From Chara braunii (Eukaryota > Plantae > Charophyceae): a stretch of 64,000 bases of DNA. The stretch covers positions 9,339,840-9,403,839 of the forward strand of contig BFEA01000003.1 in NCBI GenBank assembly GCA_003427395.1, given 5' to 3'. Within the stretch, counting starts at the first letter, position 1; each line of letters starts with the position of its first letter. Positions 48,309 through 60,468 of the stretch are shown in pieces. Both the position numbers and the translations under genes were made by a program. The notes beneath the pieces were generated by a model. The model searched no databases. It worked only from the letters and a program-made list of their open reading frames with translations, and was not told where the DNA came from.

Positions 48309-49566
48309 GAAGACTGAGAAACTGAATGATTTCAACTTGTCTTTGTTTTTATTTTTATCCCTTGTTCAGTTTTTTTTTTTTTTTGTAAAACACTNTAAGA
48401 AGACTGAGAAACTGAATGATTTCAACTTGTCTTTGTTTTTATTTTTATCCCTTGTTCAGTTTTTTTTTTTTTTTGTAAAACACTGAAAGAAATAAGAATA
48501 CAGTGAAACAAAGAATAAGAGGACACTGTTTTGTGTCATTCTGGTTTGTCTGTCTCTTTGCCTGTCTGTCCTTTCATTTTTCTTTTCTTCGCTCATCTTA
48601 TTTCTTCTTCTGCTTCACGTGCTTACGCTCTTAGTCAATAGTTCTGTGACAATATAGAGCTCAACATACTCAACATGTGCTCAAAACAGGCTGTTTGTAT
48701 ATGTCCATCTGATTCTGTGTGAGTATTTCGACTGATCTTTGCCGTGTTTTTTATGCGGGCGTATAGCCGGCACCACCCGCACCACGGGCGCTAAGCTAGT
48801 AGTAATAATAACAATGAAAGAATGAACCAGAGCCAATATCAGAATCCTCTCCATTCAAGAGGTCCACCATAGCCATCTTATACACCTTCTTCCTTCTTGG
48901 CTGAGTGGATGGCTATGGTGGACTAATGGAGCAAAGCTTCGATCTTCGAAGGGCAACGCAAAGCTAGTACACCCTATCTCCTATGGCTCCGATGCCCATC
49001 TCTACCCCGAAGTCTTCCTTGTAGAGGCCAACCCCAACTGGGGCCTTCCAGCTGCAGCACCAACCAAGAAGACAAAGATGCAGACCACCATAGCTAGGTA
49101 AGCACCGCTGCCGTCCTCCTCCTTGCTCACCGTCTTCCTCCTCCTATTCCTTCTTCCCTGGAGTCTCCTCCTTGGTCCCATCCACCATAGCTACGGTGGA
49201 GGGCGAAGCCCACCTGCTTCCTCCCCAGTGCTACTACACTGAGCGCTCGCACAAGCAGCGCGTTGCCCAGCTCACGAAGCTGCAAATGAGGGAGAGAACT
49301 TTGCTCTTCCTGAAGATATACCGGCCTACTGCCTCGCCGAGCAGTGGCTTTCCAGGCTGCGCGGCCTCCGAAGCTACCGGCACTTTCCCCGTTTCGGAGG
49401 GAAACGTCCTTGCAGTCTGATATCCCTCACTGCAGGCCCTAGACTCAGACTACTGGACCAGTACCGGACTGTTAGAGTTCCTTCAGCCTCTAAAGGTATA
49501 CTAACTTTTTGTCTTCTTCTGCCTGTCTACCTGCTACTTGAGTGTTTTCCATCCTGCGTCGGCCTA

Positions 49567-49669
49567 CCGTCTTCACCCGAATAGAACGCCCGGTCGTTAT
49601 AGCAATAGGGTACAATTTTGAGTCCAGATACAGCTATAGTGACCGGGCGTTCTATTCGGGTGAAGACGG
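49567..49669. mobile_element. ~105-bp fold-back MITE, Tc1/mariner (Tc2/pogo-like); family copies at 3362-3463, ~8190-8300, 12344-12450, ~13072-13180, 49930-50036, ~50343-50445, half copies at ~14888-14930 and ~49720-49752
   Basis: TA-CCGTCTTCACCCGAATAGAACGCCCGGTC...GACCGGGCGTTCTATTCGGGTGAAGACGG-TA. TA duplication, often in a CTAG context. Confidence 0.8.
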
Positions 49670-50115
49670 TAGCCTACTTCTAAGTTCCCGCTGCATCTCC
49701 ACAACAGTGCCAGGCCCGAGTGACCGGGCGTTCTATTCGGGGGAAGACGGTAGCATACACGTGCCCTGATGAGTCACACCCCCCCCCCCCAAGCAATCAT
49801 GCATTACTACAAACACACAGAGGAGACTCAGCAATCATGCACTCACACAGAAATCTCAGCAGAATGCGGGAATCTCAGAAAGTCACACAACCCAGCGGCA
49901 AAACTCAGAAAACAGCAGAGTTGTTCTTACCTTCTTCCCCCGAATACAACGTACGGTCATTATAGCTGAATTTGAGGCATCTTTCAGTCTAGATACACAG
50001 CTATAATGACCGTACGTTATATTCGGGGGAAGAAGGTAGTCTGTGATTTTGCAGGTCATTACGGATGGATGTTCGGCGGATATGGCACACAGTCATTCTA
50101 AATAATCTAAACTTA

Positions 50116-50259
50116 GGGCCCCACTCCACTGCACAACACTCTACATGCATTTGGACGACTTACGAACCAGTTGCATTCGGATCAGTCCAACATTTTGAAC
50201 GTATCTGGTCCAGAAATCGTCCAAATGCATGTCGAACGTTGTATAGTGGAGCCAGGCCC
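50116..50259. mobile_element. Harbinger-like MITE
   Basis: GGGCCCCACTCCACT ... AGTGGAGCCAGGCCC with flanks TTA/TTG. Confidence 0.45.
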
Positions 50260-50884
50260 TTGGCATTTTATTTAGTGATTCGGCAATACCCTCCGCCCCC
50301 CCTTTCAACTACGTATCGTAGACCATACCAAGACAGCTCAACTACAGTCTTCACCTTTGGATAGAATGGTGAGTCATTATAGCTGTATATGGGCCAACTT
50401 TCAGTCTAGAAACAGGGGATAATGACCGGGCGCTGCTGGGGGGAGGAAAAGGGTCTCTGGGTAGTCCAAAGCATCTCTCATCGGAAAAAAAGAACCGTCC
50501 TTTGGGACATCCGTTAGCATGGCCCCAGTGCAAGGATGACACACAAAAATCGACAGATGGTCAGCAACTAAAGAAAGAAAAAAAAAAGGCGCCGGAGTGC
50601 GCAAAAAAAAACATGCGGCGGTGAAGAAAACAGCCGCCAAGTTTGGGAAAGCAGTGAAAATACCACGGGCCGTGACAGAAGCACAGGGGTCATAACTACG
50701 GGGTTGGACAGCGGTGTCAGACGGGAAAAGAGAAAGGAAGAAAAGGGCCAGCGGATCTATTTCAACGGAAATTGCCCATTTCAAACTCGCGGTGTGATAT
50801 CTTTGCCGCTCTGTGTTCTTTTTGCCTTTGCGAACTCAAAACCTGCGGAATCCGTACTTGTTTCAAAAAACACAGAAGGGAAGG

Positions 50885-50916
<32 letters not shown>

Positions 50917-52358
50917 GCAAAGGAAAGAACAGAAGGAAGAATCTAGGCAAAGGCCAGTATTTGACACCACACCAGATGCACTCCATGCAGTTCCTTCACA
51001 TCACCTTCACTTCTGCCACAGAGTCACAGACTCTTTTATCGGGGCTTGAACTCTTGCTGGCTGGGGTCAATCAGTGCACATACGTACGATTTCAGTCTGC
51101 GGACCGGCAATTGATGCCTGCATCGTGTGCCGTCTGCTGACCCCTGCAAGACTAGATCTACGACTTGAGAGGTTTGATGAGGAGGCGAGCCGGAACAGGA
51201 TTGAGCCCAAGTTTGAGGTATATAATTGAACTTTTGTTTGTGCTTAACCGCCGATGCCCTCATTTTGACACCCCCCAAACAGACAGATAATGGCAGAAGA
51301 CGCGGTGGGTTCGGTTTGGACCAGTAGCGTCCGGGCGGCGGCGGCGCCTGGAGTGGCCGCAACATCGTTTTTATTGGAGCGACCTCTACCATTGAGTTGT
51401 GATCTGCACAGCGGATGTCCTCGACCAGATGCAGAGAACAAAGTTCACCCTGATGGCAATGACAAGGTAAATTGTAGGGTCCACAACTCCAGAGCGGGAA
51501 AGCGAGAGACAGGTTTCATGGACAGCGGCGATGGTCCGGACTTTTGAGTGAGTGAAAGAGTGTGTAATACTGTGTATACATTGTTAAGCTGAGTGAGTTG
51601 GTTTGCTTCCTCTTTTTTGGCACAGCAGGGCTGAGGAGGAGGGAATGGTCAGTGAGTTGGTTTGCTTCCTCTTTTTGGCACAGCAGGGCTGAGGAAGAGG
51701 GAATGGTCATTTGATTTGGGCGAATGGAGTATACTAGCGTAGCTCGGTTGGTACACCCATGAATTGTTGAAATACAGACCCGAGTTCGAATCCCGCGTAA
51801 TCAGATGAACGGAATAAAATCATTCGGAATTACCTGGGGCTGGTCAGTTCAATGACAATGTCCCAAGGCCGGCGCCCTTCTACAACAAGAGAAGAAAACC
51901 GGGAAAAAAAAAAAGATCTTCTCGCATTGTCCACGAAACCATTGTTCACCTTCCCATAAAAAGATAATCAGTCCTTTAAAAAATGGTCATGAAAAGAAAT
52001 CTGGGCGAAACCCTCGAGAAACATACCCTCTTGGAAAAAAGGCCAGCCAACCGCTGTGGCTGTTAAACGATTCACGCCGCTGACGTCTGTTTCTTGTGCG
52101 TGCATTCCGTTGTCAGGAGCTGTGCTTGCGCCACACAACCAATTGCCGGATGGACATGCATTTGTCTGCTCTCCGTTCGTGACCGGCTCTTCTCAGTGCA
52201 TAGGGCGCTGGCATTGATCGGCGAGTAGCTGCAGGGACTCAACTGCATCACTTCTTTTTCTTGCACTGCTGACAAACAAAACCGCTTCGACGATCTTCCT
52301 TCCCAGCTGTGTGTACCGCATCTTTTGAACATCCCGACGCTGACCATCGGCAGCGAGG

Positions 52359-53129
52359 ATGCAGTCGATGGCGAGCCCCCGAAGCTCCGTTCTCGTACGA
52401 GGCTCCATCTTCTCGAGTGCAACCTCGACCGCGTGCCAAGAGAGAACCAGCTCCAGCCTGAAAGCTGTGTCACTGCTTCATGGTCAGGCGTTCAAAGCCA
52501 GAGTAGATGGCGCAGCGCGGGGAGAGTTTATCCCCACCGTCTATTCGTTGTCTCAAATGCAGCGGTTACTTACATCGACGACACACGTCTCATCTCTGAG
52601 GCAGCAGGGGAGCTTAGCACACCCGATTAGGAGAAGGCATGCTGACAACAACAGTAGCAGAGTGAGAGCTGATGCAACTGTCTCGATGGTGGAGAGCGTG
52701 TCGAGGGAGGAAAAAGCGACCCAGCCCCTCCGCGAGGTTGTGTCCACACCCAACGCCCCCGCAGCTTTAGGGCCTTACTCTCAGGCCATCAAGGCAAATG
52801 GCATGCTTTATGTGTCAGGGTGCCTTGGACTGGACCCGGCAACGATGAAGTTCCCCTCTGAAGACGTGTCGGACCAAGCAGAGCAGCTGATGAAGAACAT
52901 GGGAGAGATTTTGCGAGCCGGCGGCTCAAGCTTCGATTGTGTGGTAAAGACGACGATTCTGCTCAGCGATCTCAAGGACTTTGGCACTGTCAATGCTATC
53001 TATGGAAGATACTTCCAGGACAGCCCTCCTGCGCGGTCAACATTCCAAGTGGCTGCTCTTCCGCTGAATGCGAAACTGGAAATCGAGTGCATTGCGCTTC
53101 TCAGCGCGGGTGGCAGCGGCAGGCAGTGA
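52359..53129 (+). CDS. RidA: RidA/YjgF/YER057c/UK114 reactive intermediate (enamine/imine) deaminase with ~120 aa Ser/Ala/Arg-rich N-terminal extension (probable plastid transit peptide), single exon
   Basis: Motifs TPNAPAALGPYSQA, YVSGCLG, VVKTTILL, FGTVNAIY, catalytic Arg in PARSTF, and AALPLNAKLEIECIA. The start could be ATG 52359 or ATG 52368. Confidence 0.92.
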   Translation: MQSMASPRSSVLVRGSIFSSATSTACQERTSSSLKAVSLLHGQAFKARVDGAARGEFIPTVYSLSQMQRLLTSTTHVSSLRQQGSLAHPIRRRHADNNSSRVRADATVSMVESVSREEKATQPLREVVSTPNAPAALGPYSQAIKANGMLYVSGCLGLDPATMKFPSEDVSDQAEQLMKNMGEILRAGGSSFDCVVKTTILLSDLKDFGTVNAIYGRYFQDSPPARSTFQVAALPLNAKLEIECIALLSAGGSGRQ

Positions 53130-55157
53130 AAAAAAAAAGGAGGTGGCTTGCTCTCTTCCTTCATCTTCACTGCAATTGTGCCGGAGCCAGAGACAAGGCG
53201 ATTTGGCATACATCGTGCAAAACTGTCGTGTGGTAGGAGGGAGGTGTTGATGCATTGCAGATATCGGGAGTAGCTCAGTCGTGCGTAGTTGTGGGGCCAA
53301 GGGAGGCGGGGGTAAAGAGGTCGACAAAGCGGACGAGAACCGGCAGGGCATGTCGCATGTTCTTTAATACAGACGGGTGAAATAAGGTCGACAAAGCGGG
53401 ACGAGAAACTGCCAAGGCATGTCACATGTTTTTTGGTACACATGGCTGGCACAAGAGTGTGTGACAAATGTATGAAAATGTGCTTGACTGAACAGATGAT
53501 TTATTGCTGTCAGTCCATTCTTTTGTTCACTCTAGGGACAAGTTTTCGTTGCGAGTGTTCTACCTGTTTTTGAATGCCTATCCCATTAGAGGTGAGTGAT
53601 TTCCCATTAGAGGCGAGTGATTCTTGTGATGAGCGGCAGGGGGAGGGGGTCGGGCGGGCGAGGGGGGTTGGTGGACAAGCGTGGAGGAGAGCGACTCACC
53701 GTATGAGGTGCGAAGAGTTTTGTGTTTCTGACCGACCTGAACACTCTGTCTTGGCTGTGTTTCCTTTCACTGCTTCCCTATCTGTTCAGTACTTCCAGTG
53801 ACCCAACTCGGTCTTAGCTGTGCTGCTTCTTCTTCTTAATTCTTCGCTGTGCTTCTTCTTCTTCTTCTTCTTCTTCTTTCTTCTTTCTTCTTCTTCTTCT
53901 TCTTCTTCTTCTTCTTCTTCTTCTTCTTCTTCTTCTTCTTCTTCTTCTCCTGCTCCTCTTCCTCCTCCCCCTCCTCCTCCTTCCTTAGCCAGATCCGTAT
54001 GGCCCTAGCTTCTTGGGATCATCTTGTGCTATTGTTTACCTTCTTCCCCTGAACACAACGCACCTTGATCGTAAATGTGATACGCATTGCGCAAACTATC
54101 TTTCTGTTCTGGTACAGTCATGATGAGGGTTCCTTGGGCTCTAAGGATTGCACTAGTAGGGGCTGTTGTGTTCACAATGCCTGTGTTTCCTGGCAGTGAC
54201 ATATATTCATCGTGTGGCGATCTGGCTCCTCAGGAAATTGAGGGTTGTCTCAACCTAGAGTCTGCGGAGCTGTCCATACCGTGTGAGTAGGTGATAGGCC
54301 TCAGAGATCGCGGCTGTATGTATGTGTTTGCTTTATCACCATGCTGCCTTGCTGTCTTGTTGCTTGACTTGCTGCCTGCTTTCTTTGCCTTGCCGCTTGA
54401 TTTGCTGGCCCTGTTCCCATCCGTTGGCTCTTCTGGTGCTTGCAGTGTTGCCACGCTAGTTGCCTTGCAGTTTTTGTTCGCCTGCTCGTCGGATTTTCCG
54501 CTGCTTGCAGCGTTGCCCTGCTCCATGCCTTGCCGTTCGCCCACCAGCTTGGCGATGCCCTTCCCCCCGCAGGTCTTGCGGCTCAGTCATGGTTTTCTTT
54601 CCAGAGACTTGCCACTGGGCATAGTTGGCACACACATACACATGCACACCCACGGACGTAGGTTCACATGTGCATGTGCTTGGACACGTGTATGACTGCG
54701 TACATCAAAGCTTACATGAGTGCTTGCCTCCTGAAAGACATTCATGTCCTCATGCATGCACACACGCACACACTTAGACGTGCTCGTTCTTGCGCGGTGT
54801 GCAATCAGACAGAGCTTGATGTGAATAAAATTGACAAGCATGCATGCATGCATGCATGCGCTTAGATGTGCTCGTTCTTGCATGCATGCGATCGGACAGA
54901 GATTGATGTGAATAAAATTGATAAGTTTGCAGAAAAGGGCAAACGAGCACATGGAGGTTGGACGAGTCCTATAAAAGGTTATTGGTAATTTTGGCCACTT
55001 GGTGTACAGGGTAGGAAGACAGCAATAAAAGCAACTTGTTCAGTTCCATGCTAATTAGCAAGTGGAAGTGTTCGCAGCCATACCTCCTCCTTTATAGCCA
55101 TTTTGTTTACGAACATGAGAGCATGCACTCTCCCATACACACGCACACATGCACGCA

Positions 55158-55364
<207 letters not shown>

Positions 55365-56311
55365 GTGGTGGGTGGTGGTGTGTCGACGAAGAAGAAGAAG
55401 AACGAGAAGAGAGGGGGCGATGAACGCGCAGACCGGAAAGGCGAGAAAGTAACATCTTATGGTTGCTTTTTTTTTTTTTTTTTTTTAAACCGGTAGCAGT
55501 GGAAGCGGGAAAACGAGAGAGCAGGGGGATTCAAGCCCCCACCCTTTCCTTAATGGAATCGGGCTGGGTGCTGTTTTGCCCCGGGGCCGTAGAGAAGAGG
55601 TCAACCGAGCCCTAAATTTTCAGGATTTTTTCAGGGTCATTATAACAAACGTCCCACACCTTCTACGCCAGACTTGTCACCAGTCCATAGAGTGGACACC
55701 AAATAAACCAACAGCAAAAAAAAAATAAAAAAAAAATTGATCAATAACCTTTGGTGGGGCCGTAGCCTGGGCGAGTTGTAAGGTGTCAATCTTGCGGTGA
55801 GGCTGAAGGATACTCACCTGGCGCGCTGGACAGCCTTGCTAACTACTTGATGTGCTGCACAGGGGGGTTGGAACCTTGGAGAGAAGCTTCTCTACCACAC
55901 CGTGTGTCAGGTCCTCGTCTATCTGTGCTCTGAGTAAGACGGTCACTGTAAAGCCTTCGTTCACTAATTGCCTGCTTACATTACCTCCTGTAGTCGCCCT
56001 TCCCGGCATACCTCCTACCACACCGTGTGCCGGTCCTCCGCTAGAAGACACGGAAGAGGCTGGTAGCCAGCGGCCAATTTATTGATGGACAACAGAGTGG
56101 AATTGGAGGCAATCGTTTTGCTCCCGACCGTGTGTGGATCGTTCGAGCAGATGTTACATTCCCGATGATCATCAGCGGGTGCGCCGCCAGTTGGGCTAGG
56201 TGTTAGCAGTAATGGTGTGCTTGTCTTCACGTACCGCACTCGAGTGCGTTCGGCCTTGTCATGTTCATGACCAGCTATGTGCTGTGCACCCCGCGGTAGC
56301 GACGTTACTTA

Positions 56312-56590
56312 CCTGATGATCATCAGTGGGTGCACAGGGTCGATCCTGGCCCGCGGTCGGGATCTCAACCGCGGCTGCGGACCGCCGCAGTTGGGTCGTG
56401 GCCGTGGGCCTTCGGGGATTTTTCCCCACCGAATATATGTGGGGGGGGGGGGGGGGGGGGGGGGGGGGGATGGGGTTGTAGGGTTTCTGAAACCCTACAA
56501 ACCCCATATATATTTTTTCCAAACCGCTGATTTTTTGGTATTTTTTTTAAAAAAAAAACTGTAAAAAAAAGAAGATAAGAATGCACAAAA

Positions 56591-56623
<33 letters not shown>

Positions 56624-56788
56624 GGGAGGGGGGGGGACCCCTCCCCCACCAATCAATCAGTCAATCGATGAATCAATCAATCGAGAAAAAAGTGAAAAGA
56701 AAAAAGCGCATGAGTGTGTGTGTGTGTGTGGGGTGGAGGGGGTGAGGGGGGGGCACGACCCATCCCCCACCAATTAATCAATCAATCG

Positions 56789-56829
<41 letters not shown>

Positions 56830-57198
56830 AAAAAAAAAAAAGTGCGCGAGTGTGTGTGTGTGTGAGGGTAGAGGGGGGGGGGGGGCACCCCTCCCCCACC
56901 AATCTATCAGTCAATCAATCAATCATTCAATTAATAAATCATTCTTTTTTTCTTTTTTTTTTCGACCCACAACCCCTCCCCCTCTTTCCCAGCACCCCAC
57001 CCCCAAAATTCGTTCTTCTTTGGCGGGGTTGGGTTGCGCAGCCCCAGTCCACCAACCTCACCCCAAAACACCCCCCCGCCTGGCCGCCACGGCGGCCGCG
57101 CGGTCTGCGACCGTGCGGCCACCGTCGGCCGCCGCCCGGTGGGATTCACTGATGAGCCGCCCTCGGCCGCCGCTCGGCGGGATTCACTGATGACCAGG
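56312..57198. mobile_element. Possible TA-flanked non-autonomous TIR element with (CAAT)n/(TG)n interior
   Basis: TA-CCTGATGATCATCAGTG versus rc of the right end TA-CCTGGTCATCAGTG. Confidence 0.35.
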
Positions 57199-58119
57199 TA
57201 TCATGACCGTTGATAGCTAGGGTTGCGCAAGAGACGCTTGGATGCATATGCCGAGGGGGAGAGCAATCAAAGTCACTTGACCCGTAAACGTAACTTGACA
57301 CCTCTCGTGCTGTTAGTCACAGCCATTAGCGCCGGTCTCACAGTCGGTGTGGCCGAGTTGGAGTTGGTATGGGCACTATTTGAGGGCTCTTGAGTCCATC
57401 TTCCCTGTTTCCCATCAATGTTCTTTTAGTGTTTGGCTTATCTGTATCTGGCCATGCTTCTGCTCAGATGCGAGAGTGATGGTTAGCGATTGAAATGATT
57501 TCCGGGAGTTCGATTGTGGGTTTGTGGAGGCGGCCCGCTACTGGCTGCAAATCGACTACATAGTACAAACTGTGTGGTCATGCTCTAATAGCTGTAGCTT
57601 GCTACGGTCCGTGCGAGCTTGCTTTCAGTTGTGACGAGTAGTAGATTGGGAAATCAAGCTGGGACGCCGGACCCGTTTTCCAGCAGGTGATGCTCCCCAC
57701 CAATAGACGGAGCCTCCCCCCAGGTGCTAGTGGTGTCTGTTCCCAACAGCATCACTAGCACTGGAGGGACTGTGCTTAAAAAAAANNNNNNNNNNNNNNN
57801 NNNNNNNNNNNNNNNNNNNNNNNNNNNNNNNNNNNNNNNNNNNNNNNNNNNNNNNNNNNNNNNNNNNNNNNNNNNNNNNNNNNNNNNNNNNNNNNNNNNN
57901 NNNNNNNNNNNNNNNNNNNNNNNNNNNNNNNNNNNNNNNNNNNNNNNNNNNNNNNNNNNNNNNNNNNNNNNNNNNNNNNNNNNNNNNNNNNNNNNNNNNN
58001 NNNNNNNNNNNNNNNNNNNNNNNNNNNNNNNNNNNNNNNNGGTTCCCTCCCCTATGAACATCAGCAGACTCTGCTAAATGCCAATCGGGGGATCCAGTGG
58101 TCTATCTCTAGGTGGTGGG

Positions 58120-58229
58120 CACCAAGCATGCCCAGGCCTAACTCAGTTGGTAAGGCTCGCAAGTGGCATTCAGGAGGTCATGGGTTCAATCCCCATTGGC
58201 CTCATGTACCTTCCTGGGCATGCTTGGTG
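58120..58229 (+). mobile_element. SINE tRNA-like head only, enclosed by a perfect 17-bp inverted repeat
   Basis: CACCAAGCATGCCCAGG (58120-58136) / CCTGGGCATGCTTGGTG (58213-58229) surround the A box and B box. Confidence 0.6.
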
Positions 58230-58815
58230 AGCGAGCTTTCAGCTGCGATGAGTAAAAGATTGTGACATCAATTCAAATCATGATATTCCTATTCGCTGGA
58301 CTGAGTCATTACTTGGGTCCGATGGCCTGTGAAACGGACTGCTGTGCTGTTTGAGGCAATACACAACACGCTTGCGGGCGTGGGATGTCTGCTGGCTGGA
58401 TTAGGCTGTGTGCCTGCACTCCAGTTTCTCTTGCTTCCCCCAATGAATGCTGCCCTTTTACCCAATATTTGGTGGCAGTGCAGGAAATGAAATTACTTGA
58501 CGATGGGCTGCTGTTGCTTTTGCGGCCGTCCATTTCTATTGCCGCTGCGTTGGAGATTGAAATCTGGCTCCTTGCTGGAGTACTGCATGTGACCATATCA
58601 AGATTATTTAGATACGAACAAGGCCCGCGTCTACTCTTCAGCGATCGCTGAATCAACGTTTTACAGATTGTTGCTGCTGCACCCACAGGCCTTGCTGGTG
58701 TACCATCGACGTCGAAGATGAGGATGGTGCATCCACCCTTTGAAAGCCTTGGAGTTCCTTGATGATTATGGCCGTTACCTTGGCCCTTTTTTTTTGTTAT
58801 TATTATTATTATTAA

Positions 58816-58872
<57 letters not shown>

Positions 58873-59066
58873 ACCCCTGAGACCACACTAGGGGGTTTCT
58901 CGCTGCTCTAAGACGAATCTAAGTTGTGGCGAGCTTCTGGGCAGCTGCTGTTTCGTTCAAAAGTGTACGGCTGTCTTGGAATTGAGGAAGGTGTGCCCGC
59001 TGCTTACGGAGGCTGTTGCTTCTACTGCCAGCTTTCGTGATCATTGCTTGTCAAGGGTGTGATTAA

Positions 59067-59449
59067 CAGCAATTTCGCCAAAACGGACATTTTTTTTTTT
59101 TTTTTTTTAAGGAAAAAAATTGAACCGGACTAAATTGGCCCGAATCTGCCCGATTTCAGGTTAAAAGTTTTTAGCTCTCGAGGGTCTGACGTGTTCTTAA
59201 AATGCCGGACCCGCAGGATGTATCTGGACTTTGCTGAGTCCAGGGGATCCAGCGTTTTAAGAATGCCCGACCCCCTGGATGTATCTGTTATCTGTGGACT
59301 TAGTTGGAGTCCAAGGGGTACGGCGTTTCACAAGAACGCCGGACCCCCAAAATTTCGTCAAAATTTCAGCCTGGCTCGGGCTCTGATTCGGGCCAAATTA
59401 CCCGCTTTCAAAAAAAAAAAAAAAACTCGTTTCATGCCTGAAATTGCTG
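59067..59449. mobile_element. Probable MITE (hAT-like)
   Basis: 10-bp TIR CAGCAATTTC/GAAATTGCTG and a partly palindromic interior. TSD matches only 5/8. Confidence 0.4.
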
Positions 59450-60215
59450 TTGATTGGAGCTGCTCGACGTGGGGATTATGCCCTGCAGCAGACCTGCTGA
59501 GTTATATGTCGATCATATAAAGCACCTACACATAAAAAAAGGGCTGATACGTTGTAGAAGAGTCCACAACAAGACGGACACGACTTATAAATGCTCATAA
59601 ATGAATGCCCCCTTACCGAGCCAGCGGATATGGCACACTGCTGATATCACTGCTAAGCTCCACGCCTCCAACTATGCAGGCACGAATCACTGCTGTGCGG
59701 GAGTTGCCGCCCTTTTTTTCATCTGTTATGGGACTGTGGCAGCCATTGGCTTTCATCTTTCATTGGTGAGGAAATACACTACAATTTTACTTCCAGCCGA
59801 GTGTCAATTGGCTTTCATCTTTTGTCTTTCATCATTGTCACTGCGAGTGTCAATTGAGAAGTTGCATGCTGCTGCACTGCTGAGGCTAATAGCGGTTATG
59901 GGACCTGGTTGCTGCTACCTCACTCCATCGCCTTGCGGCTATGGACTCGACATTCCTGAAAGCCCACTCTTGAGCACTTGAGGAGCAACGTCTGCGTGAA
60001 CCTTGAGACCCCATTGAAACAGAAATACAGGTGCAATGGGGAGTAGCCAAGGACGAGATTGCGTTTTTGCACAAAAAAAATCAGATATCAGAAACCAAAT
60101 CCAACACTTCTGCAATGACTGGCGGGGTGGGGACCAAGGGGTTCGGATGGGCGAGGTACGGTGGCAAGGGGGTTGTGCGAAGATGACGAAGCGCTAGTCA
60201 AAATGGACTAAGACT

Positions 60216-60468
60216 CTAGGCTACCAGCTGGGCCGCCCGGGTCACCCTATTTTCCCCGGCGGCCCGGTCGTGCAAGGACCAGGGAAGGTCCCAGCCAAAA
60301 AAAAAAACGAAAAAAAAAAACGAAAAAAAACTATGTTATGCAGAAAAATAAACTGAACAACGCGCCTCAGTGTCACATCGAAATTCTTTACCAAATTTAA
60401 AATAGAATTTTAAATTAGAAAACAATTTTTACAATTTTCATTTTTTTATATCTTTCTGGCCTGGCTGG
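60216..60468. mobile_element. hAT MITE, same family as 39807-40074, truncated by an N gap
   Basis: Starts CTAGGCTACCAG. Interior is a reverse-complement homolog of 39840-40074. Confidence 0.75.

Larger units (their letters stand above)
44537..48799 (+). mobile_element. 5'-truncated, decayed Penelope-like retroelement (PLE) with a short inverted copy of its own 3' end at the 5' side
   Basis: PLE-type RT motifs WIMQSAEEV, DFTNMYTNLP, GIPIGTNSGPEISNLTLY, YRLIDDVL, CTFLG and the thumb segment VFDK..NFPVIRYP..SNVP..GVFTGQLTRF. Segment 44537-44619 is the reverse complement of 48719-48799. Confidence 0.8.

Noticed and set aside
48305-48485. ~90-bp tandem duplication (also 698-772/878-952 across a gap)
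   Set aside because: Identical copies separated by an N or a gap, most likely scaffolding overlap artefacts.
51733-51802. Functional tRNA gene
   Set aside because: A and B boxes are present, but the acceptor and anticodon stems do not form. Treated as a SINE-like relic.
55810-56240. Minus-strand host exon ending at a CAG|GTGAGT donor
   Set aside because: In-frame stop before the donor, and no recognisable domain or partner exons.
57149-57195. CTGATGAG motifs here and at ~49766 as hammerheads
   Set aside because: No GAAA box follows a stem II.
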